Shown piece after piece: positions 12,759 through 25,562 of a stretch of DNA of 64,000 nucleotides (its first letter is position 1; each line of letters begins with the position of its first letter). Made by a program: the position numbers and the translations under genes. The notes below the pieces were generated by a model that was not told the DNA's origin, made no database searches, and worked only from the letters and a program-made list of their open reading frames with translations. The stretch is from positions 104,594,001-104,658,000 of the forward strand of contig NC_088794.1 of NCBI RefSeq assembly GCF_011386835.1, in the 5' to 3' direction. This stretch comes from Chrysemys picta bellii (Eukaryota).

Positions 12759-13773
12759 TATAATGAAGACTCGTATTCCCTCCATAGATTTCCATAAACA
12801 TAAAAAATCTAGACAAATTATTTATTTGTTAATGTATATTACAACTGTGCCTAAGGGCCCAATTATGCTAGACCCTGTACAAACAGAAAAGTAGACTGTC
12901 CCTGCCCCAAAGAGTTTGCAGTGTGAATCGATAAGACAGACAGAGTGGAGGATCGGGTATAACACACAAGTAGAGTGAATAATGTGATTACACCTTCATG
13001 TGAGTTCCACAAATCTTTTTTTTTTTTAAGTTACTTGGGAGGAGATTAGCTAAATGGAAAGACTAGGGAAGGGAAGTTAGATGAAGGGGATGGGCGGGGG
13101 GAAAAGGGAAAGAGTGGAGGGAAGCCACAGTGAAGAAACTGTGATGGAAGTGAGTGGGGGGAGTGTTGGAGAAAACATCCAATCAGCACAAGGCAGAGAA
13201 AGTCCAGTCAAAGTTATAGAAAGTTCTTCAAATGTCCAGAGGTCCAAAGGTATGTTTTAGCTGCTTCTGCCCCCACAAAGAATATAATTCTTTATTAAAT
13301 TCAATAAGCTTTAGAGTTATTTCTGTTCAACTATTTATAATTATATAGAATCTTATTGGCTTCATTACCATTTGATTCTATAGAACTTTTCTATAAGGAT
13401 TGTAATTTTAATACTTTGGTTTTAATACACAGAAGATATAGTAAGTAATGCTTTATAAATTAAATTTCTTATTCTTTTGCAGCTTTATTTTTTAGCTATA
13501 TTAGTGAATTGCTCTCACTATGATATACCTTAATAACTCTCATGATGTAATTTTGTGTTTGGCTCTTAATGTTTTTTGGGTATTTTAGCCCCTGATCATA
13601 TGGATGAAACACATGGAGTTTCATGAGAAATGTTGCTCTACTGATCAGTTATTAGTAAATAGAAATCCTATATATATTTAAACAAGCTGTCTGACACCGT
13701 AAAGTTTGTTACAAACTGATGAAATTCAGTCATTGGTAATAACAAAGCTGACAGCACTTTGAGACCACTTTCA

Positions 13774-14275
13774 CATATGAACATAGTAATTGCCAGTGGT
13801 CCATCCTGTTCAGGATCCTGTCTCCTGACAGTCACCAGCCCCAGATGCACCAGAGGAAACCATGTAGTTGTGGAATAACCTGCCTAAAGTAAAAGCAAAA
13901 GCATCTCCTTAACCCCCCATTAGTTAGTTTATCTCTGAAGCATGAAGCTTTATAACCTTTTCAAACTCTGAGGAGTGTTTAGTCCTTGATACAGTAACTC
14001 TAGATGTTCTTGTTGCTATATAAATGCTTAATCCATTTTTGAATCCTGCTAAAACTCTTGGCCTCAATGTCTCCTCTCCAAACAGTCCCCTTCCTTTCAA
14101 TTTCTGTTCACTTGCAAGGTTTTTTTTCCCCCAGATCTAGTCTAACCATCCTTTATCTCAGAACCACCTCTAGTTTTGATATATCCTTTCTGAGAAATGA
14201 TGATCAGAATTGAGCACAGCATTCCAGATGAGGGCATGCCATTGATTTCTATAATGCTCTTATAATATTTTCAGT
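13774..14275 (-). mobile_element. CR1 LINE 3' fragment
   Basis: Left end CATATGAACATAG..GGTCCATC..GGATCCTGTCTCCTGACAGT is the reverse of a CR1 3' end; further CR1 ORF2-like sequence (CAGAATTGAGCACAGCATTCCAGATGAGG) lies to the right. Confidence 0.7.
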
Positions 14276-14646
14276 CCTGGGAAGGTTAATATAAGAAAGA
14301 ACTTGTGATGACTACCTCCTTCAATATAATAGGCCCAAATACATACAAACTTCTTTCTTCAAATAAAACATCCAAATGGATCTATTGTCACCTAGTTTCT
14401 TGAATATGGCAAGTAAAATCCCATTTCCTATAATACTGGGTAAAACTGGTTTGGAAATGTTTTCTCAATTCAAAAATGGACAGGGGTTGGAGACACTAAT
14501 CATCAACATGTGGATATGTTAATATCTAACCTCCTGCATGTGCTTCCTAAATAGTTTAATTACTCACATATTCTGTTCTAAAGGAGTAGAACAAGAGAAA
14601 GTCTTGGTGAGGTTCTTACTCAGAGGGGATTCACTAGTGTTTGGGG

Positions 14647-14770
14647 TAGGGGGACCAGATGTCCTGATTTTATAGGGATAGTCACAATTTTTTGGTCTTT
14701 TCCTTATATAGGCTCCTATTACTCCCCACCCCCTGTCCCGATTTTTCACATTTGCTGTCTGGTCACCCTA
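14647..14770. mobile_element. 124-bp hAT (Tip100-like) MITE
   Basis: TIR TAGGG(G)GACCAGA / TCTGGTCACCCTA; perfect 8-bp TSD GTTTGGGG (14639-14646, 14771-14778). Confidence 0.92.
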
Positions 14771-15737
14771 GTTTGGGGCCAGATGAGAGTATACTGTGGA
14801 GGCACAGTTTTCCCCCTTCCTGTGTTTGAGGATATTTCCACTCCAGTGTACTCTTCTCCATGTACCACAGATGAACATGTGGACCACATACCTGCTCAGG
14901 AATTCATTTTAAAAAATTTAACCAACATTTTAACACTTTGAAATCAATAGAAAGCTCCTTCTATAATCAGAATGAGATGTTAATTGCTCATATCCAGAAA
15001 AACTCTACAATAATATAACTTCATTTTAATTGTTGGGGTGGAAGAGTTATTGGATTTTTCATTCTGGCATCGTGAAGAAAATTATTTTATAGGAGTTTTC
15101 CCACTGATTTCTTTGGGAGGAGGAGCACTGTTTTTCATTATTTCCTCCTTGATTGTTTCAAATTAGGGTCTGCTCTTATATTAGCATAAATCATCAGTTA
15201 ACCTGGCCATAATTCATCTGGCAAAAATATATTTCTTGGTGTTTTTAATCCTATTTACATTAGATTTGTTGAAGGAGAAAGTAAGGAAATTAAATGACTA
15301 ACTAGTGTCTCAGTTCTGCCACCCTTACTCAGAGTAGTACTTTGTGCCACTGATACCTACTTATACCCTAGAAGCTCAAAAAGCAAATTAAAAAAAATCT
15401 CATTTTTTTAAAATCTCGTGATTTTTAAGACATTCCAATGCTTTTCTGTGGCCTGACTTGTAATTTTTGAACACTGGTGGTTGAAAATATTCCTGTTTCC
15501 AAGGCCAATATCTACCTTAACTCCCTCACCTTTAACTTTATCTATCCCATATCTTTCCTACCAATAGAAGCCTTTTCCCACCATACATGCAAAAAGCCTT
15601 GAAAAGTGGGCAGTGTCAATTTCCTACCTCCAAATCAAACAGATACATAAATCACAAAAGTGTGAAGAAACAGTGAAAAGGAAACTCTCTCTTCTCTTCA
15701 CATGGTTGGGGGATCACTCATACATCAGACCTTCCCA

Positions 15738-15899
15738 CAGAAGCTGGGAATTGGCGACAGGGGTTGGATCACTTGATGATTACCTGTTCTGTTCTTTCCC
15801 TCTGGGGCACCTGACATTGGCCACTGTCAGAAGACAGGATACTGAGCTAGATGGACCTTTGGTCTGACCCGGTATGGCCATTCTTACGTTCTGATGTTC
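15738..15899 (+). mobile_element. CR1 LINE 3' end
   Basis: GGCCACTGTCAGAAGACAGGATACTGAGCTAGATGGACC..TGGCCATTCTTACGTTCTGATGTTC, the typical turtle CR1 3' UTR with terminal short repeats. Confidence 0.85.
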
Positions 15900-16874
15900 A
15901 TACTAACACAAATGAGGAGAAACTCAATAAAAAAGAAAAACAAATAGACTGTGCTCATACAAATATCTCTGTAGCTCTTTTTGATGTCTTGATGATGTCG
16001 CTGAACACTGACAATACTGTATTGACCCTAAGAATACTTACTAGCCACTTTACTAGAACTTCAAAATACACACATTGTTTCAATTACCAGTTATATGGTT
16101 TAAAACAGATAAACTTGGGTTTCAGCATGTACGTTACTAATCAGTTCCTATACTTTTCTCTCTAGTAAATTTCAGCATACTGAACTAAAATATATTGAAT
16201 AATATCTTCCCTTCTGGTTAACTATGTGCCTCAGAGTTCCATTCTGAGAGCTTAGCTACTTCTCTGTTATTTCTCCATGATCTTAATGTTTTTATGTCTT
16301 ATTATATGTTGATGGCACAGTTATTGTTTCCTGTGTCAAATGTACTGCCTTCAGTAAATGGTAAAAATGAAATCTGCATTTGTTAATATTTGCCTCTAGA
16401 TGAAAAATAATAGACTCTTGCTTAGAAAAAAACAAAACTAAATTGATCCTATTAATTTTAAAACATACAATAGAAAAATTTGTGTCTTACTTCAAATATT
16501 TTCACTTGGTAAGTAGATTAGATAAGGGGACCTAGTGACCTTCATCATAAAATCACATAAATGAACAAAATGTGCTATTGAGTTCTGTGATCCCTGTACA
16601 AACCTTCTATAGCTTAAAAAGTATTCTTTTTACCATCAGCTTATTTTGTGCAAGAGAAGAATTTATTTAAATATCTCATTTTGGCTTTTTATACTCAGTC
16701 TTGCTTGAATCTCAGCTCTGGGCAGGGGTGGGGGGGGCGTTGAGAAGAAGGCTCGTATTCCTGTAATACACCCACGTTAGCTTATGGATGCAAAAATCCA
16801 AATTTCACATTGATTACAATGTGCAGATGACACAACTCTACCTATCCTTCAGCTCATAGAACCACACAAATGCC

Positions 16875-17850
16875 ACCAAGATTGCCCAGTGCTTGGATGA
16901 GATCAGCTCATGGCTGAAGACCAACTGGTTGTAGGTTGTAGACAGAAGATAGTATTTTAAAGAGTTTGCAGCCATGATGCAGCCTTCTTTGGTTAAAAGT
17001 ACACACACACAATTGGACAATTCAGTCCATAGCTTAGGAATGCTCCTGGGTTCTTCACTGACTCTAAGCTCCCACACAGCAGCATCTGCTAATATTGCTT
17101 TCTACCATATCCAGTTGTCTAGAATATTCTGATGAACAATGATCTGGACTCATTTGGTCATACCTTCATCACCTCTTGGCTGGACCACAGCAATGCAATA
17201 TACCTGGGCATAAAGCCTTTTCTGCTCAGGGCTGCAATGCGGCCAAGTGGATAGTGCCCTGGCCTGGGACTCAGGAGACCTGCATTCCATTACTGGTTCT
17301 GCCACTCCCCTGCTGGGTGACCTTGGGCAAGTCATTTCACCTCTCTGTGCCTCAGTTTTGTCTATTTGTAAATTGGGGATAACTATAAATCATTTTGATA
17401 TCTACTGAGGAAAATACCATATCAGAACTGTGTTATTATCAGAAAACTCCATCTGGTACAGAATGCTGCTGCACATCTCCTCAGCAACATTGGCTACTAT
17501 GAACATATCAAACCTGCTCTCTGCAGTGGTGTCCCACAGAATATCAAATCAAGTTCAAGGTCTCAGTTCTTATCTTCAAGGACCTCAATGGCCTGGGTCC
17601 CAGAGTATCTAAAAGATCACCTAAAGCTCTGGGATGAAGAGCAAAGCTGACAACTTTGCCCCTCTAGCTCAATGAAACTTTCTAGAATAAAAGTAAAGCT
17701 AATCTGTGCAGGAGACAGAACTTTTTCAGGGGCTGATCTGAGACTGTGGAAAGAATTCCCCTTGGAACCAAAGACTTTCACAAAGTTCACCACCTTCTGC
17801 TCCAAGTGCAAGATGCATTCTTTGATCTTGCCTCTCCTAACAGAAACATA
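16875..17850 (+). mobile_element. Ancient L2-type LINE ORF2 remnant, interrupted by a MIR
   Basis: Decayed translations resemble L2 ORF2 C-terminal motifs in order: LDEISSWLKTN, VHSLGMLL, FITSWLDHSNA, LHLVQNAAAHLL, GDRTFSGADLRLW. Confidence 0.65.
17228..17430 (+). mobile_element. MIR/CORE SINE nested in L2
   Basis: CTGGGACTCAGGAGACCTG head and CORE GGGTGACCTTGGGCAAGTCATTTCACCTCTCTGTGCCTCAGTTT..GTAAATTGGGGATAA. Confidence 0.75.
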
Positions 17851-17890
17851 TAGCAACATGAGTGCATAGATACAGATATATACACTAGTC

Positions 17891-18012
17891 CAGAGGTAGG
17901 CAACCTATGGCACGTGTGCCAAAGGCGGCACGTGAGCTGATTTTCATTGGCACTCACACTGGCTGGGTCCTGGCCACCGGTCCGGGGGGCTCTGCATTTT
18001 AATTTAATTTAA
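17891..18012. mobile_element. hAT-Charlie-like element, one end only
   Basis: CAGAGGTAGGCAACCTATGGCACGTGTGCCAAAGGCGGCACG terminal motif; no matching opposite end found. Confidence 0.6.
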
Positions 18013-18473
18013 ATGTTCCCTTTCTGATGCTATAATCCAAGTTGGCACTTTGAAGTTCAGCATGGCCTGACACTACCAATAAAAGCACCAGATGGACTTG
18101 GTCTGCTGAGCTTATAAATTCCATTACTAACACTGATGATCTGAGAAACATTGCATTCTCTAGGATCAGAGCAGGAGTGAGTATAGAAATCCATAACTAC
18201 AGAGTTAATTTTGACTCACAGGCGTGTCAGTGTGGCATGAACACAGAATGGTGTCCATTTAGAACAAGGTGTTTTTTTCCTGCTGAAGTCATCTGCAGGA
18301 GTTCACTCACCCAACCAGGGACACAAAGAAACATTAGACACTTCACAACATTTTCAAAAAAAAAAAATTATTTTAAAATCTTTTCACCCAGTAAAGCATT
18401 TGTTCAATTTCCTTCAAACTTTCAGGAGAAATCCTACTGGTTAAAAATATTAAGGTAAGCAGCTGCTGCTTGC

Positions 18474-18578
18474 TTTTTTTTTTTTTTTTGCTTTGTTTTG
18501 TTTTGTTTTGTGGGATGTTTTCTTGTTGTGTGTCATTTGTTTTTCTTTGTTTTGTTTTGTTTTGTTTTGTTTGTTTTT
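18474..18578 (+). repeat. Poly-T and (GTTTT)n simple repeats
   Basis: Seen directly. Confidence 0.9.
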
Positions 18579-19849
18579 AATTAAGGAAGAGAGTTAAAAT
18601 TTGTCTTATAATGAAACCCTGATTACAAACATAACTAAATAGAAATTATGGGTTTATCTAGAATAGAATCTCTGGGGCACATCTAAACCCTGAGTAAGCA
18701 CTTGTTTGCTCTATGGAAAGGAATGGGTAATATAGTAATATAGTAATTTATTTAACAGACTAATTTTGTGATGTTCTTCTGCCTCTCCCTTGTTTTCTTC
18801 TTATTCTGATGTTATTTCTGATTTCATTACATTTTCCATCATGAAACATTTAATTGCATTTGTTGACTTCCCATTATCCTGGAGACTTAAAAGAGGTAAA
18901 AAAGACAGATTATCTCTTGAGGACACCTGGATGGGAAATGAGAAGATATTAATGGGTGAATGAATGTCACTTGGTAGAGTAAAACAGATGATCCAATCAT
19001 TTTGAAATGGAATACACTCTGTTCTGAGAAAATGCTAACAGAGCTAAATAAGGCTGACTGAAAAATGAAAGAATAGTACATATTGGATACTTTCAACTTA
19101 CCAACAGCACAATGTACTTCTGTATTTATGGCAATTTGTGATAAACTCGATTCCTTTGCATTAAAAAGCTAAAATTATCAGTATATTCTAGAAGATGTGC
19201 TAGGAATTTCAACAAATGAGGTACAGTCTGGAGTAACTATAAAAAGCTGTTGATATTAGAGGTAGATGGTTTTATAAAATGTAGCAAAATAGATACTCTG
19301 AACATGTTCAGGACAGAGAAAAAGTTTCATATTATATGAGAACTTGGAAAGAGAAAATTACATCTTTTGGAACTTGGCAGAAAGGACTAGAATAATCTAG
19401 GACTAAAACTAAAGATAAAAAAGAGCAAAGAAAAATAAAAATACAATAAAAAGCATTAAAATAATGAGAGCTGTAAATGAGTTTGTAGAATTTGTGATAA
19501 ACAAAATGTAGTGACAATGATTTCACAGACATCCATTTAATTCAATAACTGCTTTAAACTATTTATAAATATAGGTGACTATATTTATAATGTAGTCCTT
19601 ATTTTCTGTTTGTAATACGTTGAATTGATTCATGGGTATACCGGTAGATCATTCAGAGGTACATTAATTTATCCAATATATAAAGTTTCTAAATTGTATT
19701 CTGTAAAAATACTTACACATTAAAACCCTACATTAGAAGAACATTATTAAGGGTGCAAAGCTGAGCACTCAAAAGTTAGGAAATGCCATAATTATGGCTG
19801 ATTGTGTACTTTAATTCAATCCCCTTGTATATACGCATTAAGACACAGT

Positions 19850-20670
19850 CATTAATTCTCCACTCCGGCTCTTTGAGTGCAGAAGGTGGGGGCCCACAAG
19901 GATTCTAAAAATTAATACTGGCCACTCCAGGCTGGTATTAAATTCCCAAGGCCACAGCTTCTCTCTGACTTCAGATGGGTAGATGCTGCCACCACCCAAA
20001 TGCAAAAAAACCCTTTGGACCCAGGAAGGCACACTTGGAAATTCCTCCCTGTGGGGTACCCTCAAGCCCTTTCACCCTCCCTCCAGGGAAGAGCTGAGAA
20101 AGAAAACAAAGGAAATCAGCTGTTGCCACCAGCTAATTATACAGCATGTGCACAAACCTCTTAGGACACAAAAAAAAAACCCAATGAAGCATCAAGAATG
20201 GTTTTCTTGAGGTTCAGCTTAATGGTTGCAGGCAAAACAGAAGCATTTGGGGGTTAGCACAGAGGAGTCCACAAGCCAATAAGGGGGGAAAAAAGGGATA
20301 AACCTAACCGTGTCTTCCTAGACATTCCCTGATCTACTTACATATCTGGGGGTTTTAAATAAGTAGTCTCTATGTATGATCTGATGGTTTTTCATACCTG
20401 GCTTAAAGCTTCCTACAGCATAGTTCAGCCCTGTTCCTGCTCTGCATCTCTTCTCTCCAGAAAACAACAACAGACAGACAAAGGGACAGTTTTTTTTCCC
20501 AATTTTAAAAAGTCCTAGCCCTTCCATTGGCTCTTTTGGTCAGGTGCCCATTCCCTTTCTTTTACCTATGGGCTTTTTTAACCCTTTACAGGTAAAGCAA
20601 GTAGAGAACAGCTACTAACAGGGATTTTATAGCTAACTGGCTGGCTGGGTGTCCATAAAAGGGAGCAGGT
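19850..20670 (-). mobile_element. LTR (Gypsy-like), reverse orientation
   Basis: Resembles a common turtle LTR from recall (ACCTGTAAAGGGTTAA, CACCTGACCAAAAGAGCCAATG, GCTATAAAA on the minus strand); termini not cleanly defined. Confidence 0.6.
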
Positions 20671-21184
20671 GGTCACTAATTCAATGGACAGTCCTCTGCT
20701 GAAGTACAGCGCTAAGGAGTATTTCTTCAAGGTGACCCTCTGCCACTTCTGCATTGACATGTTCAACGCAAAGCTGGCCATACTGGCCCCCTCCCCTTCA
20801 TTTATCACAGCCTGACTCTCTGACATGGTGTACAATATAGGGGGGGGGGGTGCAAGGAGCCTTTCCCACCCATTGCATAACCACAGTAGGCAAAACTGCA
20901 TCTCCACTGCTCCCCACTAATGCTACTCTGAGCCTACAGTATTATGAGCCAGTGGGGCACAAGCAGTATGCAGTGGGAAGTACCCTGGACTGCATTAAGG
21001 GGTGTAGCAGAAGACATGTTTCCCTGCACACTAGGGAGCTATGGGAGTCGTGCTGCTCCTGAATGCTGGGAAGGGACACTATGATGTTCCCCATGATGCA
21101 GTACAGTTCTGCACCACTTCCAACACAGGGCTGTGATTTAAAGGCACAACTGAACCTTTCATCAATAATATTTTGCTGCTGTGG

Positions 21185-21186
21185 CT

Positions 21187-21234
<48 letters not shown>

Positions 21235-21236
21235 TC
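21185..21236 (+). repeat. (CTTT)n microsatellite
   Basis: About 13 tandem CTTT units. Confidence 0.97.
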
Positions 21237-21409
21237 AAATAGTAATGTTTAGATCCCATTTAGAATAGCAAAGTGTCCAGGGAAAGTGTACTCATATGTT
21301 AAGAAATTAGAAGATTTGAGTATCTTTCTTTGTAAGCATTGCCCTATTTCAGTAATATAATTTAATCCAAATCACTTGAAAAACTATATATTCTACTGTT
21401 GATGGATTT

Positions 21410-21785
21410 AATTACAAAGGATACTGTTCTAACCTTTCTCCAATCTAGACGCAGATGTTTTCACTCTATAGTAACTGCCTTTTTAAAATTCACTAACGAT
21501 AAATCATTATTAATAGACAAAAGAACATTGATGATATCCATAGAACTAGCTAAAGCTTTTGATTTAATCATCATGTTCTCTTGATTAAAGAAATTGCTAC
21601 TCTTTGGCCAATTTATCTCTGCTATTATCTTGGGTAGATTTTCTTGGACAGTCATACAAATGTTGGAAAGACAAGTTCTAATAAAATCTGATGAGTTATT
21701 TGGAAATGTTGATTGACCTGTTATTGTGATGGAAAAACAAACTGTACAATAAGGAACTGTACATGGAAGTGAATACTGAGGCAAA
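21410..21785 (+). mobile_element. Highly decayed non-LTR reverse-transcriptase fragment
   Basis: HSIVTAFLKFTND...IELAKAFDLI resembles the RT motif STETAL.KV.ND...DLSKAFD; GTVHGS downstream resembles GVPQGS. Confidence 0.4.
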
Positions 21786-23071
21786 GACTCTCTCTTTCAC
21801 TCAGCCTCCACTGAGGGCAGCAGAGTAGGGGGCAGCTCTATGCCACCATGGGCCCCAGAATAAAACAGAGGAACTTGGAGCTGCTCTAACTGATGCCAGC
21901 TGGTTACAGTTCCAAAAGGCCCATACACCAACTGAGTAAATGCAGAACTCGACATATGCTAGACATGTTGCTGACATGCTCTCTATGCTGAGACTGAGTG
22001 GCAGGGTGGCATAGGGACAAGGTGCCAGATAAGAGTTCATCTGTGCTGGAGAATTTGCTGCTGGCAAGGTCTAACTGTTGCCTGGACTCTTCACAATGCT
22101 CAGATGGTGCAAAAGGACCAAAACCAAACCAAGAATCTGGGCCTCAGTCTGCGAAACTTTCTAGAACTTGGGGCTGAGACCAGGCTGTACAGAAGTGAAT
22201 GGCAGAACTCCCGACAACTTCTAAGGCTGCCAGTATTTCACGCAGGATCCTTTGTGCGACTGGTTATGGTACTTTATGCTGGGCAATGTTGATAAAGTGT
22301 GCCATTATATTTTCCCATCAAACTAAAGGAGCCTGCAATCCAGGTTGAAAACTTTATTTGCATCCTCCCTGCTTACATAATCATGTTCCTTTACCAGTGA
22401 AATCTCAAGCAATGCAAATACAGTATTCCTACTGTGAAAACTTCAGTAAGTTTTTACTAGCATATCTTTTGTTTAGCTAAAGTATACCAGGTTCCAGGTC
22501 ATCTGTTTTCCATTATGAATGTAGAGTCTTCTTCATTTCAAATATTATGAAAATGTCTCTGCATTTAGTCAGTTTAAGTAATGAGTTTTTAAATATAGTA
22601 TATCCTGGGAGATTGGCAACTATATTTTTACTCTATATGCTTTAGAACAACTCTCCCCTCATCTTTTGCAAGGGAGATGATTGTTTAATCTCAATTAAAA
22701 TTTATATCTGAGACAGGTTGGTAGCTCTTCATAAACAACTTATTTTATATAGCTTTCCTTTGAAGATAATTTCTGAAAATGTGTCCTTGGAAATTTTCCT
22801 TGGAGATAGCCACAGAGCTTTGGAACACAAGATTCAGCAGCTGGAATACAACCTACATAAATTGGAGAATATGAGAAGCAACATACAGATTGTTGTCCTA
22901 GCAGAAGATTCTCCATCCACCAAGCTCATTTGTTTTCACAGCAGATGACTCAGTAGACCTGAAACCCTACTAGTAGGCTACACAGCCTCCATGCATAACA
23001 TACACAGTTCTCATCATCTCTCCACAGTATCACCAGGAATGGCATATGATCCTCACTGCAGGATAGAGACT

Positions 23072-23500
23072 CACATAATCATCAAAATTAGCGATGTTAA
23101 AGATCTCTTAGATCATTTAGTCTATCCCCCACCAAAGCTAGATTGTTCCCTAGGGTACATTTTCTAGTAATTTGTCCAATCCATTTTTAAATTCCCCAAG
23201 TGATATAGCTTTCACTATTTCCCTTTGAAGATTGTTCGAGAGTCTTATAACTTCTCTTATAACTCCATTAGGAATATTTTTTCCTTTTCTCAGTTTCACT
23301 TCATTATCCCTATAGTACATTTCCATTTGTGGACCCTAAAACAATTGCTCCCTTATTATAATTCACACCCTTCTAAATATTTGTAGACAGCTGTCATGTC
23401 CCTCCCTCCTAATCATTGTTTAACCAATGTATACCTATTCAAATCTTTTAATCTTTCTTCAGAAAAAATCCCAGCTGATCTTACACCTCCTCCTGACCTC
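23072..23500 (-). mobile_element. CR1 LINE 3' fragment
   Basis: TTAGATCATTTAGTCTATCCCCC, TTTGTCCAATCCATTTTTAAA, AAATATTTGTAGACAGCTGTCATGTCCC are reverse-CR1 hallmarks. Confidence 0.6.
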
Positions 23501-23874
23501 CACCCTCCACCCATGATCTCAGCAGAGTGTCTTTTTTTAGGGCTGGTTGAAAAACATGAAATTTTTTACACAAAATTTTCATTAACACATTGTCATGCTT
23601 TCCCTGGGGGAAAACACATCTACCCATATTATTAGTGACTGAATCTAATGGTGGTTTTGTGCTGTTACAGGTTGCTCACCTCAGTCCCTCATCTGTTCAG
23701 CATTTACATTTATGATACAGCCTGAAGCTTTAAATAGACATCTAAAGTTTCTCATTGTGATGCTTCTCAGGGAACCCAGCTCTCTAAGTCACCTTGTTAC
23801 CTCATGCCACCACCATGAGGGAGTCTTGCTTGTGTTTAGCTGGGTGTCAGCTCCCTGACACCACCAAACTGTTA

Positions 23875-24063
23875 AAAGCAATCGAGGGTCCTGTGGCACC
23901 TTTAAGACTAACAGAAGTATTGGGAGCATAAGCTTTCGTGGGTAAGAACCTCACTTCTTCAGATGCAAGTCTCCCAATACTTCTGTTAGTCTTAAAGGTG
24001 ACACAGGACCCTTTGTTGCCTTTTACAGATTCAGACTAACACGGCTACCCCTCTGATACTTAA
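23875..24063. mobile_element. Short Penelope-like fold-back insertion
   Basis: 13-bp direct repeat CACCAAACTGTTA (23862-23874, 24064-24076); 42-bp inverted arms 23885-23926 and 23971-24012 (1 mismatch); tail CAGACTAACACGGCTAC shared with the 7394 element. Confidence 0.85.
23926..23966 (-). ncRNA. Minimal hammerhead ribozyme motif with canonical core
   Basis: Reverse complement GCAT-CTGAAGA-A-GTGAGGT-TCTT-ACCCAC-GAA-AGCT-T-ATGC: CUGANGA core, stem II with a 1-nt bulge, GAAA, palindromic AGCT. Confidence 0.68.
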
Positions 24064-25307
24064 CACCAAACTGTTAGCCACTCAAGCTCTCTCCTCTGGG
24101 CTATGCCAGGCCTTAGTTTGCCTTGCATATTAACAATAGGTGTGCCACATGCCCCAAGTCCCTTTGAAGCATTCCCCTGTGGTGTCCAGCCCCTTATCCA
24201 CTGAACACTCACAGAAATGTCAGGTCTGCTGTCACCAAAAGAGCAGTATCCACAATAGCCTGTAAGATTCAGTACAGGACCTGCACTTTGTTTAACAGCA
24301 CAGCACTGAGATATATTTATAGTGAAAACAAGACTAAGTGTATTATCAAAGTCTAGTGATTCAGGAGATAGTGAGTAAGGATATTGGAAAGAAATGGTGA
24401 GACTATAAAAGAAAATCATAACACACTTTCTAAATACTAAACTTAAATATTAGGTTAACCTCCTATCTAAAGAAGTCTATCTCACTCAAAGACTTTTGCT
24501 GCGTTTTCAACTAAGGTTGGCTGAGATCCCATTTTCATGACTGTAAACCCACAGCCCTGCAGGATAAGAGGGTATCTTCTTGGCCTTCTAGAAATATCCC
24601 CAAAGTTCTTTGTCTTTACACACAGCCAGGTCAACCCCCCATGGCTTGTTTTTTCCTATGTGCCTTTTTCCTGTTGACTTCATATGTAATTGGGCATCCA
24701 TTGTGTTAGTGTACAATGCTTAATTTACATCTTGACAGAGAGATACACATCTCTTTCCTCCTGTCTGGAGGGAAACCTGTTTTTCACCTCTGATGGGGAC
24801 TAATGCCTTGATACAGACTTTAAATATATATATTACTCCTTACACAGTATATGTACATACATTTCACAATGATGTTAATGATCAGTGTGACCCCAGCTTT
24901 CATTTAAAATCTCTCATGACATTCTTTGGTGAAGCAGAATGTACATACCAGAATGAGGACATTGCTGTAACCTCCTCACCAGTTGGCGTTAACGGGTTCT
25001 TGGTCACAGTCACCAGGGGTGCAAAACTCTTGAGCTGATGTAGAATTTTTGAAAGGGAACCATTTTGGCACTGGAGATAATTCAAAGACTGTTTTCCTGG
25101 CCAGTGTGAATTCATACCTGTAACTGATATGCTTTGTTACCATGACTTCAAGAGGCATATCTAAAGTGTGCCCCTTTAAAACACAGCACAGTCAGAAAGC
25201 ATTATAAATGGGATTTACAAAAACACATCTGTGAGTTAGGAGCACAAATCCCATTGACTTTCAATGGGGCTCCATTTACTTGTACTGTTTTTTCTGCATA
25301 TAAAAAC

Positions 25308-25562
25308 CAGGGCTAGCATTAGGGGGTAGCAAGCAGGGCAATTGCCAAGGGCCCCATGCCACAGGGTTCCCTACAAAGCTAAGTTGCTCAGGCTTTAGCT
25401 CCAGGTGGCAAGGCTGGGAGCCCTGGGCTTCATTCCCACACTGCAAGGCTTCAGCTTTCTGCCCTGGGCCCCAGCAAGTCTAACACTGGCATTGCTTGGC
25501 ATACTCTCTGAAACCTGCTCGCAACTCCTAGGGGGCCCTGGATCTCTGGTTCAGAACCACTG
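25308..25562. mobile_element. Non-autonomous hAT-like element
   Basis: Begins CAGGGCTAGC and ends GGTTCAGAACCACTG (Charlie-type TIR); TSD unclear. Confidence 0.5.

Larger units (their letters stand above)
23756..25008 (-). mobile_element. Solo LTR (Gypsy-like) hosting a Penelope insertion
   Basis: TGTGA...TCACA termini; internal sequence (CAGCACTGAGATATATTTATAGTGAAAACAAG..AAAATCATAACACACTTTCTA) matches a common turtle LTR from recall; TSD only 3/5 (CTCAT/GTCAC). Confidence 0.72.
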
